Assembly (NCBI GenBank): GCA_963699755.1
Contig: CAVOVB010000001.1
Coordinates: 928,001 to 992,000 of the forward strand
Source: an uncultured delta proteobacterium
Lineage (GTDB): Bacteria > Myxococcota_A > Polyangia > Polyangiales > Houyiibacteriaceae
Length of the DNA stretch: 64,000 nucleotides
Direction of reading: 5' to 3'
Shown: positions 37,363-48,160 of the stretch, in pieces
Layout of the letters: each line of letters opens with the position of its first letter
Position numbering within the stretch: the stretch's first letter is position 1
Position numbers and translations under genes: made by a program
Notes under the pieces: model-generated
The model's input: the letters and a program-made list of their open reading frames with translations, nothing else
Told to the model about the DNA's origin: nothing
Database searches by the model: none

Positions 37363-37578
37363 CGTGCCGGGGCCCGAAGGAGGGCGCAGGGTCTAGACGA
37401 CTAGAAGCCAAGCGACGGGTCGACGAGCCATCTGACCGGAGAAGTCCACGTAAGGAAGGGCATCGGGAAGCAGGTCCCCAAACAGTAGGCCGCAGCCCAC
37501 TCCCGACCGCTGAGACCAACCCCTCTTGAATAGTGGGAGCTTGCGCTGCGTCTGTAATCGCGGACAATGTCAGCAATC

Positions 37579-37902
37579 ATGAAAGTCGTCGTTACGAGTT
37601 TGTTCACCGCTCTGCTGCTTCTCGCTACCACACTGCCCGCTTTGGGTGATGAGGGGGGGCAGGACGACATCAAGAACTGTTACGACATTCACGGTGAGGC
37701 TCGCTATGGAGCGCTCGCATACAAGCACGTCATCATCGTGACCAATCGCTGCGACGTGACCTTGCAGTGCGAGGTTTGGACCGACGTCGATCCGACCCCG
37801 CGTCTACAGGTCAGCGTGGAGCCGAAGGGCACCGCCGAGGTGCTCGCGCGCAACAACTCGCCGACTCGGGTGTTCACGGCGTTTGGCGAGTGTAAGAAGT
37901 AA
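37579..37902 (+). CDS. Small secreted Cys-containing hypothetical protein
   Basis: Signal peptide and four Cys; the start could be 37567. Confidence 0.65.
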   Translation: MKVVVTSLFTALLLLATTLPALGDEGGQDDIKNCYDIHGEARYGALAYKHVIIVTNRCDVTLQCEVWTDVDPTPRLQVSVEPKGTAEVLARNNSPTRVFTAFGECKK

Positions 37903-37909
37903 GGGCTGC

Positions 37910-39004
37910 TCAGTAGAGTGGGTTGTCGTCGGTCTTCTCGAAGAACCGTTCGAAGATCGCGTAGCCGTGTAGCAACTGGTCGAGCTCCGTGTACTCATTT
38001 GGCTGGTGTGCCTGCGCTGCCGTACCGGGGCCGAGGTTGACACCCGGCACTCCAATGGCATCGAAGCGTGCTACGTCGGTCCACGCCTGCTTGCTGCGGA
38101 CGCCGTTGACTCCGCAGCGCATCAGGTGCCGAATGTACGGATCGCTTGCGTGCGGATGGCCGGCCGGTGAAAGGTCGGTCGCTTGAACCCTGCACCGATC
38201 GCCGGCGAGCTCGCGTAGCTCAGCGAACGCTTCTTCCGGTGAGCGGCCGGGCGCAAAGCGATAGTTCACGTTGAGGTCCGCCCTACCGGGAACGACGTTC
38301 CGCGGTCCGCCGCCCTGAATGACGGTCGGAGTCATCACCTCGCGATACAGGTAGCCGTCCAGCTCGACGTCGCGTGGCTCTTGTCGCTCCAGCTCGCTGA
38401 TGAATTTCGCCACTTTGTAGAGGGCGTTGTCTCCTTGCCACGGGCGAGCACTGTGGGCGGTGCGGCCGAGGAAGGTCAGGGTCGCGTGAACCGAGCCCAT
38501 CGCGCCAAGCTGCATCTGATTGTCACTCGGCTCGAGACAGATTGCGAGGTCGAGCTCGTGGAGATCGGGGTGCGTGTCGAGGATCGGTCCGAGCCGGTTT
38601 TCTTCGAATGGGCCTTCTTCGCGTTCGTAGAAGATCAGGGTGAGGTCGCAGGGAAGGGTTTTTCGATCCATGCGTTCGACCAACTCGATCATGATCGCCA
38701 AGCCAGACTTCATGTCGGCCGCCCCGGCGCCATAGAGCCGGTTACCCTCGATGCGTGGCGGGCCATCGTGCTCCGTGCGAACCGTGTCGAGGTGTCCAAC
38801 GAGGGCAATGCGCGGGGCGTCCCGCCGCCGTGCCACCGCATGCACGATCAGGCTGTCGTGGAACCGTGTAATCGCGGCGGAGCCCAGGCTGCTCGTCAGT
38901 CGTTCTTGGACGTGATCGCAAAGCGCCGCCTCTTCACCGATCGGGCTCGGAATCCGAGTCAGGGTGAGCAGCGTGTCGCGAAGCGCATGGTCGAGCTCAG
39001 TCAT
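37910..39004 (-). CDS. dapE: Succinyl-diaminopimelate desuccinylase (M20 family)
   Basis: GHLDTV, G.GAADMKSG, YEREE, AHSARPWQGDNA, KQAWTDVARF, AHQPNE; start at ATG 39004 (MTELD). Confidence 0.88.
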   Translation of the reverse strand: MTELDHALRDTLLTLTRIPSPIGEEAALCDHVQERLTSSLGSAAITRFHDSLIVHAVARRRDAPRIALVGHLDTVRTEHDGPPRIEGNRLYGAGAADMKSGLAIMIELVERMDRKTLPCDLTLIFYEREEGPFEENRLGPILDTHPDLHELDLAICLEPSDNQMQLGAMGSVHATLTFLGRTAHSARPWQGDNALYKVAKFISELERQEPRDVELDGYLYREVMTPTVIQGGGPRNVVPGRADLNVNYRFAPGRSPEEAFAELRELAGDRCRVQATDLSPAGHPHASDPYIRHLMRCGVNGVRSKQAWTDVARFDAIGVPGVNLGPGTAAQAHQPNEYTELDQLLHGYAIFERFFEKTDDNPLY

Positions 39005-39039
39005 CGTGGCGGAGCCTAGCAGGCGGTCCGAGCGGAGGC

Positions 39040-39366
39040 CTATCGATCGACGTCGCTGGGCGAGTCCCAGTCTTCGAGCGCGCGCTCCACCGCAGCGCTG
39101 AACGACAACATATCGACCTCGACGGACGCGAACAGCTCTTGAAATGACTTCTCGCCGCGGGAAAGGGCGTCCGCGACCGTGTGGGCCAGCCGGCGGGCGT
39201 CGTATCGAGCGAGCATCGGCTCCCAGGGCGCATCCTCTGTGCGCGTCGGGGCGACCACCGTGGGGATTGGCTCTGTGCTTCCCCGAACCGAGAGAAGCCC
39301 TTCGTGCTCTCCCATCTGGCGCGACTTTCCACCGACGAAAATTGCGAGGAGGGGACGCGCCGACAT
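39040..39366 (-). pseudogene. mobA: MobA-like (molybdenum cofactor guanylyltransferase) remnant with in-frame internal deletion
   Basis: N-terminal IFVGGKSRQMG joined directly to C-terminal EPMLARY...DWDSPSDV; only 108 aa, with the central region missing. Confidence 0.6.
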
Positions 39367-39372
39367 GAGCGA

Positions 39373-39795
39373 TTAGACCGGAAGCCCGGCATCCCTCACG
39401 AGGCGCGATTCGAGCTTGTCGACGACGCGATTGAGTTGGTCCTGTTGAATCGCGCTCGTGATGAAGTTGGTGACGAATACGGTGGCGTAGGAGGCGACGT
39501 CGAGGATGACCGCGATGATCGAGGTGTCCTGCGCGGGGCCGAGGCCGTTGCGCTCTTCGAACTCGGCGATCTGCTGGGAAATCCGGTAGTCGACCCAGAT
39601 TCCGTAGATCGCGAAGGTGAGCAACACGAACAGGAAGTCGAGCCAATAGCCATGGCCGGTCGGGGTGCGCCCATCGAGCGCTTTGAGGTCTTCGTAGATG
39701 CCGTGGTACCAGAATGGGAGATAGAGCCCAAGGGTGACGATGCTGAGCACCAAAACGAGGGCAGGTTCACGGCGCTCTATCATGGGAGCTGTCAT
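39373..39795 (-). CDS. DUF4234-like membrane protein
   Basis: RREP..VLVLSIVTLGLY..W, LLTFAIYGIW, IQQDQLN. Confidence 0.75.
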   Translation of the reverse strand: MTAPMIERREPALVLVLSIVTLGLYLPFWYHGIYEDLKALDGRTPTGHGYWLDFLFVLLTFAIYGIWVDYRISQQIAEFEERNGLGPAQDTSIIAVILDVASYATVFVTNFITSAIQQDQLNRVVDKLESRLVRDAGLPV

Positions 39796-39863
39796 CGAAG
39801 GGTCCCTTCCCGCTCGCGCGTGGCTGTACGTCGGCTAGGTTTCGTCCCATGAAGGAGGACGCG

Positions 39864-40733
39864 ATGCAAGCGGCAACCATCGCTGTCATTGGTGATGTTC
39901 ATCTCTTCTGGGACGACGACGACGTCGCTTTCTTCAACCGCGGTGGATACGACCTCTTGCTCTTCGTCGGCGATTTGGCGGGATATGTCCAGCATCGCGG
40001 GCGCCGCGTCGCGCGTTCACTGCGCAAGCTTCGCGTGCCGGCGATCTGCGTCCCCGGAAACCACGACGGCCTCCATGCATTTCAGCTCGGTGCCGAAATC
40101 ACACCCCGCGCGCACCGACTTCGAGACGCGTTCTGCCGAGGTCAGGCGGGTCGCTGCGCGAGCCTCGAGCGTGCGCTGGGCGACGTCGAGCTCCTGGGAT
40201 ACAGCAGGCGCCGCATCGCCCCCGCCGGCGTTCCATTGAACATCGTGGTGGGCCGGCCGCATTCGATCGGCGGAAGGCGCCTCGCCTGCGCTCGCTATCT
40301 CGCGAAACAGTACGACATCCACTCGATGGACGCATCGGCGGCACGATTGAAACGTCTGGTCGATAGCTGCGACGACGCGCCGATCTTGTTCCTCGCACAC
40401 AACGGGCCTTCCGGGCTGGGCGATCGCGCGGACTCGATCTGGGGCTGCGACTTTCGCATGAAAGAGGAAGACTGGGGGGACCGGGACCTCCAAGAGGCCG
40501 TTCAGTACGCGAAGGGCAACGGCCGGACCGTGCTCGCGACGGTGGCCGGCCACATGCACCGCAAAACGAAGTCCGGAAAGCGACGCCCCGCGCAGGTCAC
40601 CCAAGACGGCGTCCTCTACGTCAACGCCGCCGAAGTCCCCCGACACCGCGAAGAAAACGGCGAAAAGCTGCGCCATCACGTAAGACTCAGCCTAGGCGCG
40701 AATTCTGCAACCGCCGAAGACCTCTGGGTCTAG
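39864..40733 (+). CDS. Metallophosphoesterase (TIGR04168-like)
   Basis: IGDVH, FVGD, PGNHD, AHNGPSGLG, DWGD.DL, GHMH; AGGAGG RBS. Confidence 0.82.
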   Translation: MQAATIAVIGDVHLFWDDDDVAFFNRGGYDLLLFVGDLAGYVQHRGRRVARSLRKLRVPAICVPGNHDGLHAFQLGAEITPRAHRLRDAFCRGQAGRCASLERALGDVELLGYSRRRIAPAGVPLNIVVGRPHSIGGRRLACARYLAKQYDIHSMDASAARLKRLVDSCDDAPILFLAHNGPSGLGDRADSIWGCDFRMKEEDWGDRDLQEAVQYAKGNGRTVLATVAGHMHRKTKSGKRRPAQVTQDGVLYVNAAEVPRHREENGEKLRHHVRLSLGANSATAEDLWV

Positions 40734-40777
40734 ATCCCGAACCCGAGCGCGAAAGGAATTCGTGACATAGTCCGCCG

Positions 40778-41263
40778 ATGCCGAAGCGCCCGATGAAGCT
40801 CTGGCTCATGAAGAGCGAACCCGAAACCTTCTCGATAGATGACCTCGAGCGAAAAGGAAGGGAGCCCTGGGACGGGGTCCGCAACTACCAGGCGCGAAAT
40901 TTCATGCGTGAAATGGCGGTGGGCGACCTCGTCATCTTCTACCACTCCAACGCAAAGCCCCCCGGCGCAGCAGGCATCGGCCGCATAGCTCGGGCGGCCT
41001 ATCCCGACCCCACTCAGTTCGACAAGAAGAGCGAGTACTACGACCCGAAGTCCAAGACGGAGGACCCGCGTTGGTCACTCGTCGACGTCGAGTTCGTGGA
41101 GAAGTTCGACAAAGAGATCTCACTTCAAGCGCTGAAGGACGACGCGGCCCTAGAAGGAATGCTGGTAACCCGAAAAGGCTCCCGACTTTCGGTTCAGCCG
41201 GTGGATGAGAAGCACTTCAAGCGAGTCCTGGAACTAGCGGGCGCGAAGACGCGAGCTCGCTAG
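40778..41263 (+). CDS. EVE domain protein
   Basis: WLMKSEP, WDGVRNYQARN, FYHSN, SRLSVQPV. Confidence 0.92.
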   Translation: MPKRPMKLWLMKSEPETFSIDDLERKGREPWDGVRNYQARNFMREMAVGDLVIFYHSNAKPPGAAGIGRIARAAYPDPTQFDKKSEYYDPKSKTEDPRWSLVDVEFVEKFDKEISLQALKDDAALEGMLVTRKGSRLSVQPVDEKHFKRVLELAGAKTRAR

Positions 41264-41344
41264 AAGCGCATGACCAGGGCGCGGAAATGAGCGCGAGCCG
41301 TTCTCCGCTTGTATGGCTTGTTCGCTGATTTGACCTGCTTAGCG

Positions 41345-43210
41345 ATGTCAGTCGATCATGGGCGCGCTTTGCGTTCGAACTTGATGAAGGGCCTTCTGGC
41401 CGGAGCTCCACCGCTCATTGCTTACCTGAGCACGACGTCCGGGTACGCGCATTGGCTCGACAGCGGGGAGTTCGTTGCGGCGGCAGCGGACTTCGGGATC
41501 TCGCATCCACCCGGTCATCCACTTGCTTCGATTGTCCTCGGGACAGCGAATCTCCTCCCCATCGGGGCGCTCTCTTTCCGCATCGCGATCGTCTGCGCAC
41601 TGCTTCTGGCGATTGCCGCAGTGGCCCTGTTCTTCGCCTTCGAGACCAGCTTGAAAGTGACTGATGCGATTCGCCCCTCGCTCCGCGCTCCCCTGGCACT
41701 CGGAGCGACCTGGTGGGTTGCTGGAAGTCCGGGCTGGTGGTTTCAAGCTGTCCGCCCCGAAGTGTACGCCCTTCAAGCAGCGCTCCTGTGTATCGCGATG
41801 GAACGCTTGCTTCGCGTTTCCGTGTCGGGAGAGGGAGGCGATGTTCGTCCGCTCTATCAAGCCGCTTTGGCGCTTGGTCTTGCGCTCGCGAACCATCACT
41901 TCATCGCTTTGCTCGCCATCGTGCCTTCGCTCTGGCTCTTCATCGGCATTTGGAAGACCTGGGGTTGGCGGCCATTCGCCTGGTCGATCGGCTTCGTCTG
42001 CGCCGGATTGCTGACCTACCTCTACTTACCTTTGCGCGCGCTGCAGGAGCCATATCTGAATCTCGGAGATCCATCGAGCCCCGGACGATTCATCTGGGTC
42101 GTCACCGCGCAGGCATTTCAGAAAAGCTTCGCTCCCGAAGCCGTCGCGCCCTTCGGGGAGACGCTCGTCGACGTTCTCATCGCCACGGCGGACGACCTGC
42201 ACGTCGTCACGCTCTTCGTGGCGCTACTCGGTGCTTACTTCATGCTCCGGGTCAAATCCTCTAGGAAATACGGGCTCTTCTGGCTGACTCTCTGGCTGGT
42301 GTACCTGCTCGGGCGCGCGACCCTGGGCTTCGTTCGAGGCAACCCCGATGCGATTGCCTATTTCATGGTCTCGTATGCGTCGCTCGCGATCTTTGCCGCG
42401 TTCGCCATCGGCGTCTTGTTGTCCGCTCTTGGAGCGGCTGTGCCTAGCAAGCCGAAGCTGGCTCCCACGCTCGCTGCGATCGTTGCGCTCGCCGCGTCCC
42501 TTCAATTCGTTCGCTCCTCCGATGCATCGACCCTCGCAAGCTTCGCCGATACGGATGTGTTCGACGATGGCCTGCGCCGTTCCCTACCCGCACGTTCCAT
42601 CGTTTTGGCGCACAATCCGCAGACGATCTTTCGCTACTGGGGCGGAGAAGCCGAGGAGCTGAACCGACCCGACGTGACCATGATCCCGCTACCCCTGCTC
42701 AGCTATCCAAAGCTAGTGGACCGCTACGTCAGGGACGAGCCCGAGCTCAAGCCGCTCCTTCGAAGTTATCTGCTCGACGGAACCCTGAGCGCGCCGGAGC
42801 TCCAGAGCCTTGCCGCGATTCGGCCCGTCTATGTCGAAATGGACGTGCGCGTGACCCAAGAGATGATGGACCTGCTAGTACCCGAGCAGCTCTACCATCG
42901 CGTGCTCACCGCGGACACGACCGACACCGACGAGGCGCGAGCGATGCACGACCACGCTGCGCTCTGGGCCGACATCTACCAGCGGATAGGGCAACCGATC
43001 GAAGAGCACACAGAGGTTCAGCTGATCTGGCGCCACTACACGGATTCCTTGTATTTCGCGGGAGTTGGCGACCGCAACGCAGCTCTTCGGACCGTGGCTG
43101 CCGGCCTGGCCCTCAATCCTCACTCCCAAGAGCTGCGGACGCTGCAGGAGGCGTTGAAGAAGTCGTCACCCGGCGAACGGATCGACGTCGCGCCCTTCAT
43201 GATTCGTTGA
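41345..43210 (+). CDS. DUF2723 / GT-C fold membrane glycosyltransferase-like protein
   Basis: DSGEF....FGISHPPGHPL, QAVRPEVY, LANH, YLYLPLRA; multiple TM segments; start uncertain. Confidence 0.8.
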   Translation: MSVDHGRALRSNLMKGLLAGAPPLIAYLSTTSGYAHWLDSGEFVAAAADFGISHPPGHPLASIVLGTANLLPIGALSFRIAIVCALLLAIAAVALFFAFETSLKVTDAIRPSLRAPLALGATWWVAGSPGWWFQAVRPEVYALQAALLCIAMERLLRVSVSGEGGDVRPLYQAALALGLALANHHFIALLAIVPSLWLFIGIWKTWGWRPFAWSIGFVCAGLLTYLYLPLRALQEPYLNLGDPSSPGRFIWVVTAQAFQKSFAPEAVAPFGETLVDVLIATADDLHVVTLFVALLGAYFMLRVKSSRKYGLFWLTLWLVYLLGRATLGFVRGNPDAIAYFMVSYASLAIFAAFAIGVLLSALGAAVPSKPKLAPTLAAIVALAASLQFVRSSDASTLASFADTDVFDDGLRRSLPARSIVLAHNPQTIFRYWGGEAEELNRPDVTMIPLPLLSYPKLVDRYVRDEPELKPLLRSYLLDGTLSAPELQSLAAIRPVYVEMDVRVTQEMMDLLVPEQLYHRVLTADTTDTDEARAMHDHAALWADIYQRIGQPIEEHTEVQLIWRHYTDSLYFAGVGDRNAALRTVAAGLALNPHSQELRTLQEALKKSSPGERIDVAPFMIR

Positions 43211-43219
43211 GCAGGCAGC

Positions 43220-43705
43220 TCAGCGGGCTTGGCGCTCGGCTCGACGCGCGCGCCGATAGACCTCGTAGAGGCTCTGCCGAACCTGTGGTGGCACACTCTT
43301 GCGAAGGTCGATCTTCCAGGCTCGATCCTGCTTGACCAGTACAATCGGCGCGAGCTCGACCGGTGCGGACGCTGCCCGCACCTCAGCGCGCTCGCCTTCG
43401 AGGCTGATCTCGAGCTCGTCCTTGCCTGCGATGAGCTGTCCGAATACGAAGCCACCCAAAGCCTGATCGTGTTCTCCCTGCCAATCCGAAAAGCACGCCC
43501 GGAAGAGCTTCGAATCGAGGAGCTCGAACCGCTCATGGGCTCGGAGTCGGCGTCGCGCTTCCTCCTGAGACATCTCTTGCACGCCATACGCCCGGAAGAG
43601 CGAGTCGATAGCAGCGCTCGGCGACTCGAACCCAGCGGGCGCCGGCCTGCTCTTGCACGAGGCGAGCAGGAGGGCGGCTAGGACACTTAGAAGCGGGGCA
43701 CGCAC
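43220..43705 (-). CDS. Hypothetical lipoprotein
   Basis: Lipobox LLASC; F.SP..A and IVLVKQDRAWKID (NTF2-like end). Confidence 0.65.
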   Translation of the reverse strand: MRAPLLSVLAALLLASCKSRPAPAGFESPSAAIDSLFRAYGVQEMSQEEARRRLRAHERFELLDSKLFRACFSDWQGEHDQALGGFVFGQLIAGKDELEISLEGERAEVRAASAPVELAPIVLVKQDRAWKIDLRKSVPPQVRQSLYEVYRRARRAERQAR

Positions 43706-43780
43706 CCCCTGCTTATTGCCCTGTTTCGGAACGGTGTCTAACTATTGACGTGAACTTCGCCATGGTTAACTTGCGTCGAA

Positions 43781-46360
43781 ATGCGACTCGATAGACTCAC
43801 CACGAAGACGCGCGAAGCCTTGGTTGCTGCCCAGCAGAACGCAGCCGACCGGGGCAACCCGGAAGTGTACCCCGAGCACCTGCTGCTCGAGCTCTTGGCG
43901 CAGGCGGATGGACTTGCACCCGCCATCCTGGAGAAGGCGGGCGCCGATCTGCAAGGAATGATTCGCGCCTTCGGGGCGATCCTCGACCGCATGCCGAAAG
44001 TGGCGGGCGGCGCGGAACCCGGCCTTGCGTCGCGTCTGCGCGACCTTCTGAACAATGCTTGGAAAGAGACCGAAGCGTTCAAGGACGAGTACACCTCGGC
44101 GGAGCACGTGCTCTTGGCGGCATACAGCGACGCTCAGCTGAAGAAAACACTCGCCGCACAGGGTGTCGACCGCTCGAAGCTGCTCGGAGCAGTCCAGCAG
44201 GTTCGCGGGAGCCAACGGGTGACCGACCCGGACCCCGAAGGGAAGTTCCAGGCGCTCGAGAAGTACACCCGCGACCTGACCGAGGCCGCGCGGCAAGGCA
44301 AGACCGACCCGGTGATTGGCCGTGACGAGGAGATTCGCCGCGTCATGCAGGTTCTCTCGCGGCGCACCAAGAATAACCCCGTGCTGATCGGTGAGCCCGG
44401 TGTCGGAAAGACCGCGATCGCCGAGGGCATCGCACACCGCATCATTCAGGGTGACGTCCCGGAAGGCCTGCAAAACAAGAAGTTGCTGGCGCTCGACCTC
44501 GGGGCGATGGTCGCCGGCTCGAAGTACCGCGGCGAGTTCGAAGAGCGACTCAAGGCGGTGCTGAAGGAGATCGAGGATGCCAAAGGCGAGGTGATTCTGT
44601 TCATCGACGAGTTGCACACGCTCGTGGGTGCCGGTGCCGCCGAAGGCTCGATGGATGCGAGCAACATGCTCAAGCCGGCACTGGCCCGAGGCGAGCTACG
44701 ATGCATCGGCGCGACGACGCTCGACGAGTACAGAAAGCACATCGAAAAGGATGCGGCGCTGGCCCGAAGATTCCAGCCCGTTTTCGCAGGCGAGCCGTCT
44801 ATCAACGACACGATTGGCATTCTGCGCGGGCTCAAGGAACGCTACGAGATTCACCATGGCATCCGAATTCAGGATTCCGCGATCGTCGCTGCCGCAACGC
44901 TCAGCGAGCGCTACATCACCGACCGTTTCCTGCCCGACAAGGCCATCGATTGCGTCGACGAGGCCGCATCGCGGCTGAAGATGGAGATCGACTCTCTGCC
45001 CGCGCCGATCGACGACGTCCAGCGAAAGATCACGCAGCTCGAAATCGAGCGAGAGGCGCTCAAGAAGGAGAAAGACGATGCGAGCAAGAAGCGTCTCGTC
45101 GATCTCGAAAAGGAGCTCTCGGATCTTCAAGAGCAGCGCGACACGATGCGCGCGCAGTGGCTCAGCGAAAAGGAGCTGATCACGGAAATTCGCCAGAAGA
45201 AGGAGCTCGTCGAGCGACTCCGCCTCGACCTCGAGCGCGCAGAGCGCACGACCGAGTACGAGGAGGCCGCGCGTCTCCAATATGGTGAGATCCCTGCGGC
45301 CGAGGCGGCTGTCACCCAGGCGCAGCAAAAGCTGGCAGAGATTCAGAGCAGCGCCTCCTTCCTGAAGGAAGAGGTAACCGAAGAAGACATCGCAGAGGTG
45401 GTCTCCAAGTGGACCGGCATCCCGGTGAGCAAAATGCTCGAAGGGGAGAGAGAGAAGCTGCTCCACATGGAAGAGCGTTTGCGCGAGCGCGTAATCGGTC
45501 AGGAGGAAGCCGTGGTGGCGGTCTCGAACGCAGTACGGCGCTCGCGTGCCGGCCTGAGCGAGCCCAATCGGCCGATCGGCTCCTTCCTCTTTCTCGGGCC
45601 GACCGGTGTCGGCAAGACCGAGCTTGCCCGCTCGCTTGCAAATTTTCTTTTCGACGACGACAAGGCGATGATCCGGCTCGACATGAGCGAGTACATGGAA
45701 AAGCACGCCGTGGCCCGTCTCATCGGTGCCCCTCCCGGATACGTGGGTTACGAAGAAGGCGGTCAGCTGACGGAGCCGGTGCGGCGGCGTCCGTACGCAG
45801 TGCTCCTCTTCGACGAGGTCGAGAAGGCACATCCCGATGTCTGGAACGTTCTTCTGCAGGTCTTGGACGACGGTCGACTGACCGACGGACAAGGTCGCAC
45901 GGTCGACTTCAAGAACGTCGTGATCATTCTCACGTCGAACGTCGGCTCGCATCACATCATGGCCCTCGACGACGAGGAGTCGATGCGGAAAGCAGTCTTG
46001 GAAGACTTGCGTGACTCGTTTCGACCCGAGTTTCTCAACCGGCTCGACGAAACGATCATCTTCCACCGGCTCGACCGTGCTCAGCTTCGGGACATCGTCG
46101 ATGTGCAGCTCAAGGGCTTCGAGAAGCGGCTTGCCGAACGAGACCTCCAACTCGAGATCAGCGACGCAGCGAAGGACTTCCTGGCCAACGTCGGCTACGA
46201 TCCGACCTATGGCGCTCGGCCGCTCAAGCGAGCCATTCAGCGATATCTCGAGAACGGTCTAGCCGAAGACATCCTCGCGGGACGCTTTTCGGCAGGCGAT
46301 ACGGTTTACGTGGAGGCGGGCGAGGGAAAGCTCGGTTTTCACAAGGAAAACGCCAGCTAG
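43781..46360 (+). CDS. clpB: ATP-dependent chaperone ClpB
   Basis: Two AAA modules ([16 protein letters not shown]), coiled-coil middle domain, GARPLKR. Confidence 0.97.
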   Translation: MRLDRLTTKTREALVAAQQNAADRGNPEVYPEHLLLELLAQADGLAPAILEKAGADLQGMIRAFGAILDRMPKVAGGAEPGLASRLRDLLNNAWKETEAFKDEYTSAEHVLLAAYSDAQLKKTLAAQGVDRSKLLGAVQQVRGSQRVTDPDPEGKFQALEKYTRDLTEAARQGKTDPVIGRDEEIRRVMQVLSRRTKNNPVLIGEPGVGKTAIAEGIAHRIIQGDVPEGLQNKKLLALDLGAMVAGSKYRGEFEERLKAVLKEIEDAKGEVILFIDELHTLVGAGAAEGSMDASNMLKPALARGELRCIGATTLDEYRKHIEKDAALARRFQPVFAGEPSINDTIGILRGLKERYEIHHGIRIQDSAIVAAATLSERYITDRFLPDKAIDCVDEAASRLKMEIDSLPAPIDDVQRKITQLEIEREALKKEKDDASKKRLVDLEKELSDLQEQRDTMRAQWLSEKELITEIRQKKELVERLRLDLERAERTTEYEEAARLQYGEIPAAEAAVTQAQQKLAEIQSSASFLKEEVTEEDIAEVVSKWTGIPVSKMLEGEREKLLHMEERLRERVIGQEEAVVAVSNAVRRSRAGLSEPNRPIGSFLFLGPTGVGKTELARSLANFLFDDDKAMIRLDMSEYMEKHAVARLIGAPPGYVGYEEGGQLTEPVRRRPYAVLLFDEVEKAHPDVWNVLLQVLDDGRLTDGQGRTVDFKNVVIILTSNVGSHHIMALDDEESMRKAVLEDLRDSFRPEFLNRLDETIIFHRLDRAQLRDIVDVQLKGFEKRLAERDLQLEISDAAKDFLANVGYDPTYGARPLKRAIQRYLENGLAEDILAGRFSAGDTVYVEAGEGKLGFHKENAS

Positions 46361-46502
46361 CGGGCACGAAACGCGGCTGAGCGACGAATAGGGCTGTACT
46401 TTCGGATCCATACGAGGCCTAGCCGCGGAAAAACCGGCATGCCTTGCGCGCCCGGGTACACTGTGTAAGCCTCCGGCGCTCTTAGAAGGAGCAGAAGCGT
46501 TC

Positions 46503-46730
46503 ATGGTGGAAAGCGTACAGTGCAAGCCTATCGAAGTTCACGTTGGTGAACGTGGACTCGAGCGTGCGGTTAAGCACCTCAAACGCAAGATGGCCACCGA
46601 GGGCATCCTCCGGGAGCTCAAGCGCCGCCGTCACTACATGAAGCCTTCGATCAAGAAGCGTAAGAAAGCCGCGGAGGCCGCGCGTCGCCGCCGAAAGCGC
46701 GTTCGTCAAGTCGCCGAGCGCCCGTTCTGA
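46503..46730 (+). CDS. rpsU: 30S ribosomal protein S21
   Basis: LERAVKHLKRK...GILRELKRRRHYMKPS.KKRKK; AAGGAG RBS. Confidence 0.93.
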   Translation: MVESVQCKPIEVHVGERGLERAVKHLKRKMATEGILRELKRRRHYMKPSIKKRKKAAEAARRRRKRVRQVAERPF

Positions 46731-46734
46731 AACG

Positions 46735-46768
46735 AAGCCTTCGGAATCATTACTCCGAGGGCTTTTCG
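46735..46768. terminator. Bidirectional terminator between rpsU and pfk
   Basis: AAGCCTTCGGA-ATCATTAC-TCCGAGGGCTT then TT; overlaps the pfk stop. Confidence 0.55.
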
Positions 46769-48078
46769 CTTTCCGGCTCGAGACGCCGACCTGGGCTCCA
46801 AGCGTGAAACCGTCCCGTCTGTGCTTCTAGGAAACGCGCGAGGCGGTGAAAGTCGCTTCCGTTCGGGATGAGCCGAACCTCGGTGATGAGCGTCCGCGGA
46901 TTGATCAACTTCGAAAACTCGATGTACTGCAAGTCTAGCTGACCTCTGACGCTGACCATGTGGCCGTCGAGCTCTTCTTCGACGAGGGCACGGTAGGCGC
47001 CGATTCCGAGCTGGCTCGCGAGCATCACATCGAATGCGTGTGGTGGTGCGCACCGCGACTCGTAACCGAGCTGAATGTGCCGGACCTTCTTTCGCGCGCC
47101 AGTGCGTTCCTCGTAGCGGGCCTGGACGCGATCGGAAATCACCTTGGCGAGATCAAAGGCCGCCAGGCGAATATGACCGTGTTCGTCCCGCGGTAGTCCC
47201 GACACCGAATTCTGGGGCAAGAGCTCGGCAAGACCTTCAGCTAAGACAACCGTGCCGTAGAATTGATCGCGTCGTTCGCGTTCGAGCATCATGTCGACGA
47301 TGCGATCGACCAATGCGGTGATTGAAAGCCGGAGCTCCACCGTCTCTATCCCGGTGACCGGGTTGACGCTCACTTCTTCGATCGCCAAGTCGCCCTGCAC
47401 GTCTTCGGTCGACAGCACCATGCTGGCCTCACCAGCGATTGCAACGCCATAGGAAAGCCAACCCGCCTTGCGTCCCATGGTCTCGACGATGAAGTAGCTG
47501 CTCGTGGCGATGCAATCGGCTCGCAGATTCAAGAGCTCTTTGGCCATGACATCGACTGCTGTGAAGAATCCGAAGGTGAAGTCGATGCCGCGATAGTCGT
47601 TGTCGATCGTCTTCGGTAGATGAACGATGCGCACGCGATTCTCCTCGGCGACGTGATGGCGCTGGTACTGGTATAGGAAATTCGCCGTCTTGAGGGTGTC
47701 GTCACCACCGATCGAGATCAGCGCGTCGACCCCGAGGTCGACAAGCGCGTGATGAATCCTTGCGAGACGCTCGGTCTTCTCGGGGTCGAGAAGGTCGGAC
47801 GGAGTCTGAATCGAAGCGCCAGGATTGACGCGTGCCGTGCCGACGATGATGCCCCTGGTATTGCGGATGCCACGAATGTCTGCTGGCGCGAGCGAGCGGT
47901 AGTGCTCCTTCTCGATCATCGGGTGACTGACCGGATCGAAGTCCTGGAGGTTGGTGTACCCGTGAAAGATCCCGAGCACCTCGATGCCAGCCTCCAAGAA
48001 TGAAGTCGCCGCCGCAGCGATCACCGCGTTGGCTGCTGGGGCGGGACCTCCAGAAAAAACGATTGCAACTCTCTTCAT
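46750..48078 (-). CDS. 6-phosphofructokinase, probably PPi-dependent
   Basis: FSGGPAP, IGGDDT, PKTIDND, ETMGR, LGYESR; start at ATG 48078. Confidence 0.88.
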   Translation of the reverse strand: MKRVAIVFSGGPAPAANAVIAAAATSFLEAGIEVLGIFHGYTNLQDFDPVSHPMIEKEHYRSLAPADIRGIRNTRGIIVGTARVNPGASIQTPSDLLDPEKTERLARIHHALVDLGVDALISIGGDDTLKTANFLYQYQRHHVAEENRVRIVHLPKTIDNDYRGIDFTFGFFTAVDVMAKELLNLRADCIATSSYFIVETMGRKAGWLSYGVAIAGEASMVLSTEDVQGDLAIEEVSVNPVTGIETVELRLSITALVDRIVDMMLERERRDQFYGTVVLAEGLAELLPQNSVSGLPRDEHGHIRLAAFDLAKVISDRVQARYEERTGARKKVRHIQLGYESRCAPPHAFDVMLASQLGIGAYRALVEEELDGHMVSVRGQLDLQYIEFSKLINPRTLITEVRLIPNGSDFHRLARFLEAQTGRFHAWSPGRRLEPESEKPSE

Positions 48079-48160
48079 GCTCGTGGCCACGGCGAACTGT
48101 AGGCTTCCGAGCGCCGGATTGCCATCCTCACCGACAGGCGCTCTACTCGGTCCCAGCACG

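Noticed and set aside
37363..37566. 200-bp intergenic region after aspS as 6S RNA or another sRNA
   Set aside because: Only short scattered stems (CGCAGC/GCTGCG, CTCCC/GGGAG), with no long rod, clear promoter or terminator; it cannot be supported without a covariance search.
39005..39646. N-terminal extension of the 578-aa dapE ORF
   Set aside because: Arg-rich off-frame read through the mobA remnant and the DUF4234 gene; DapE similarity begins at MTELD (39004).
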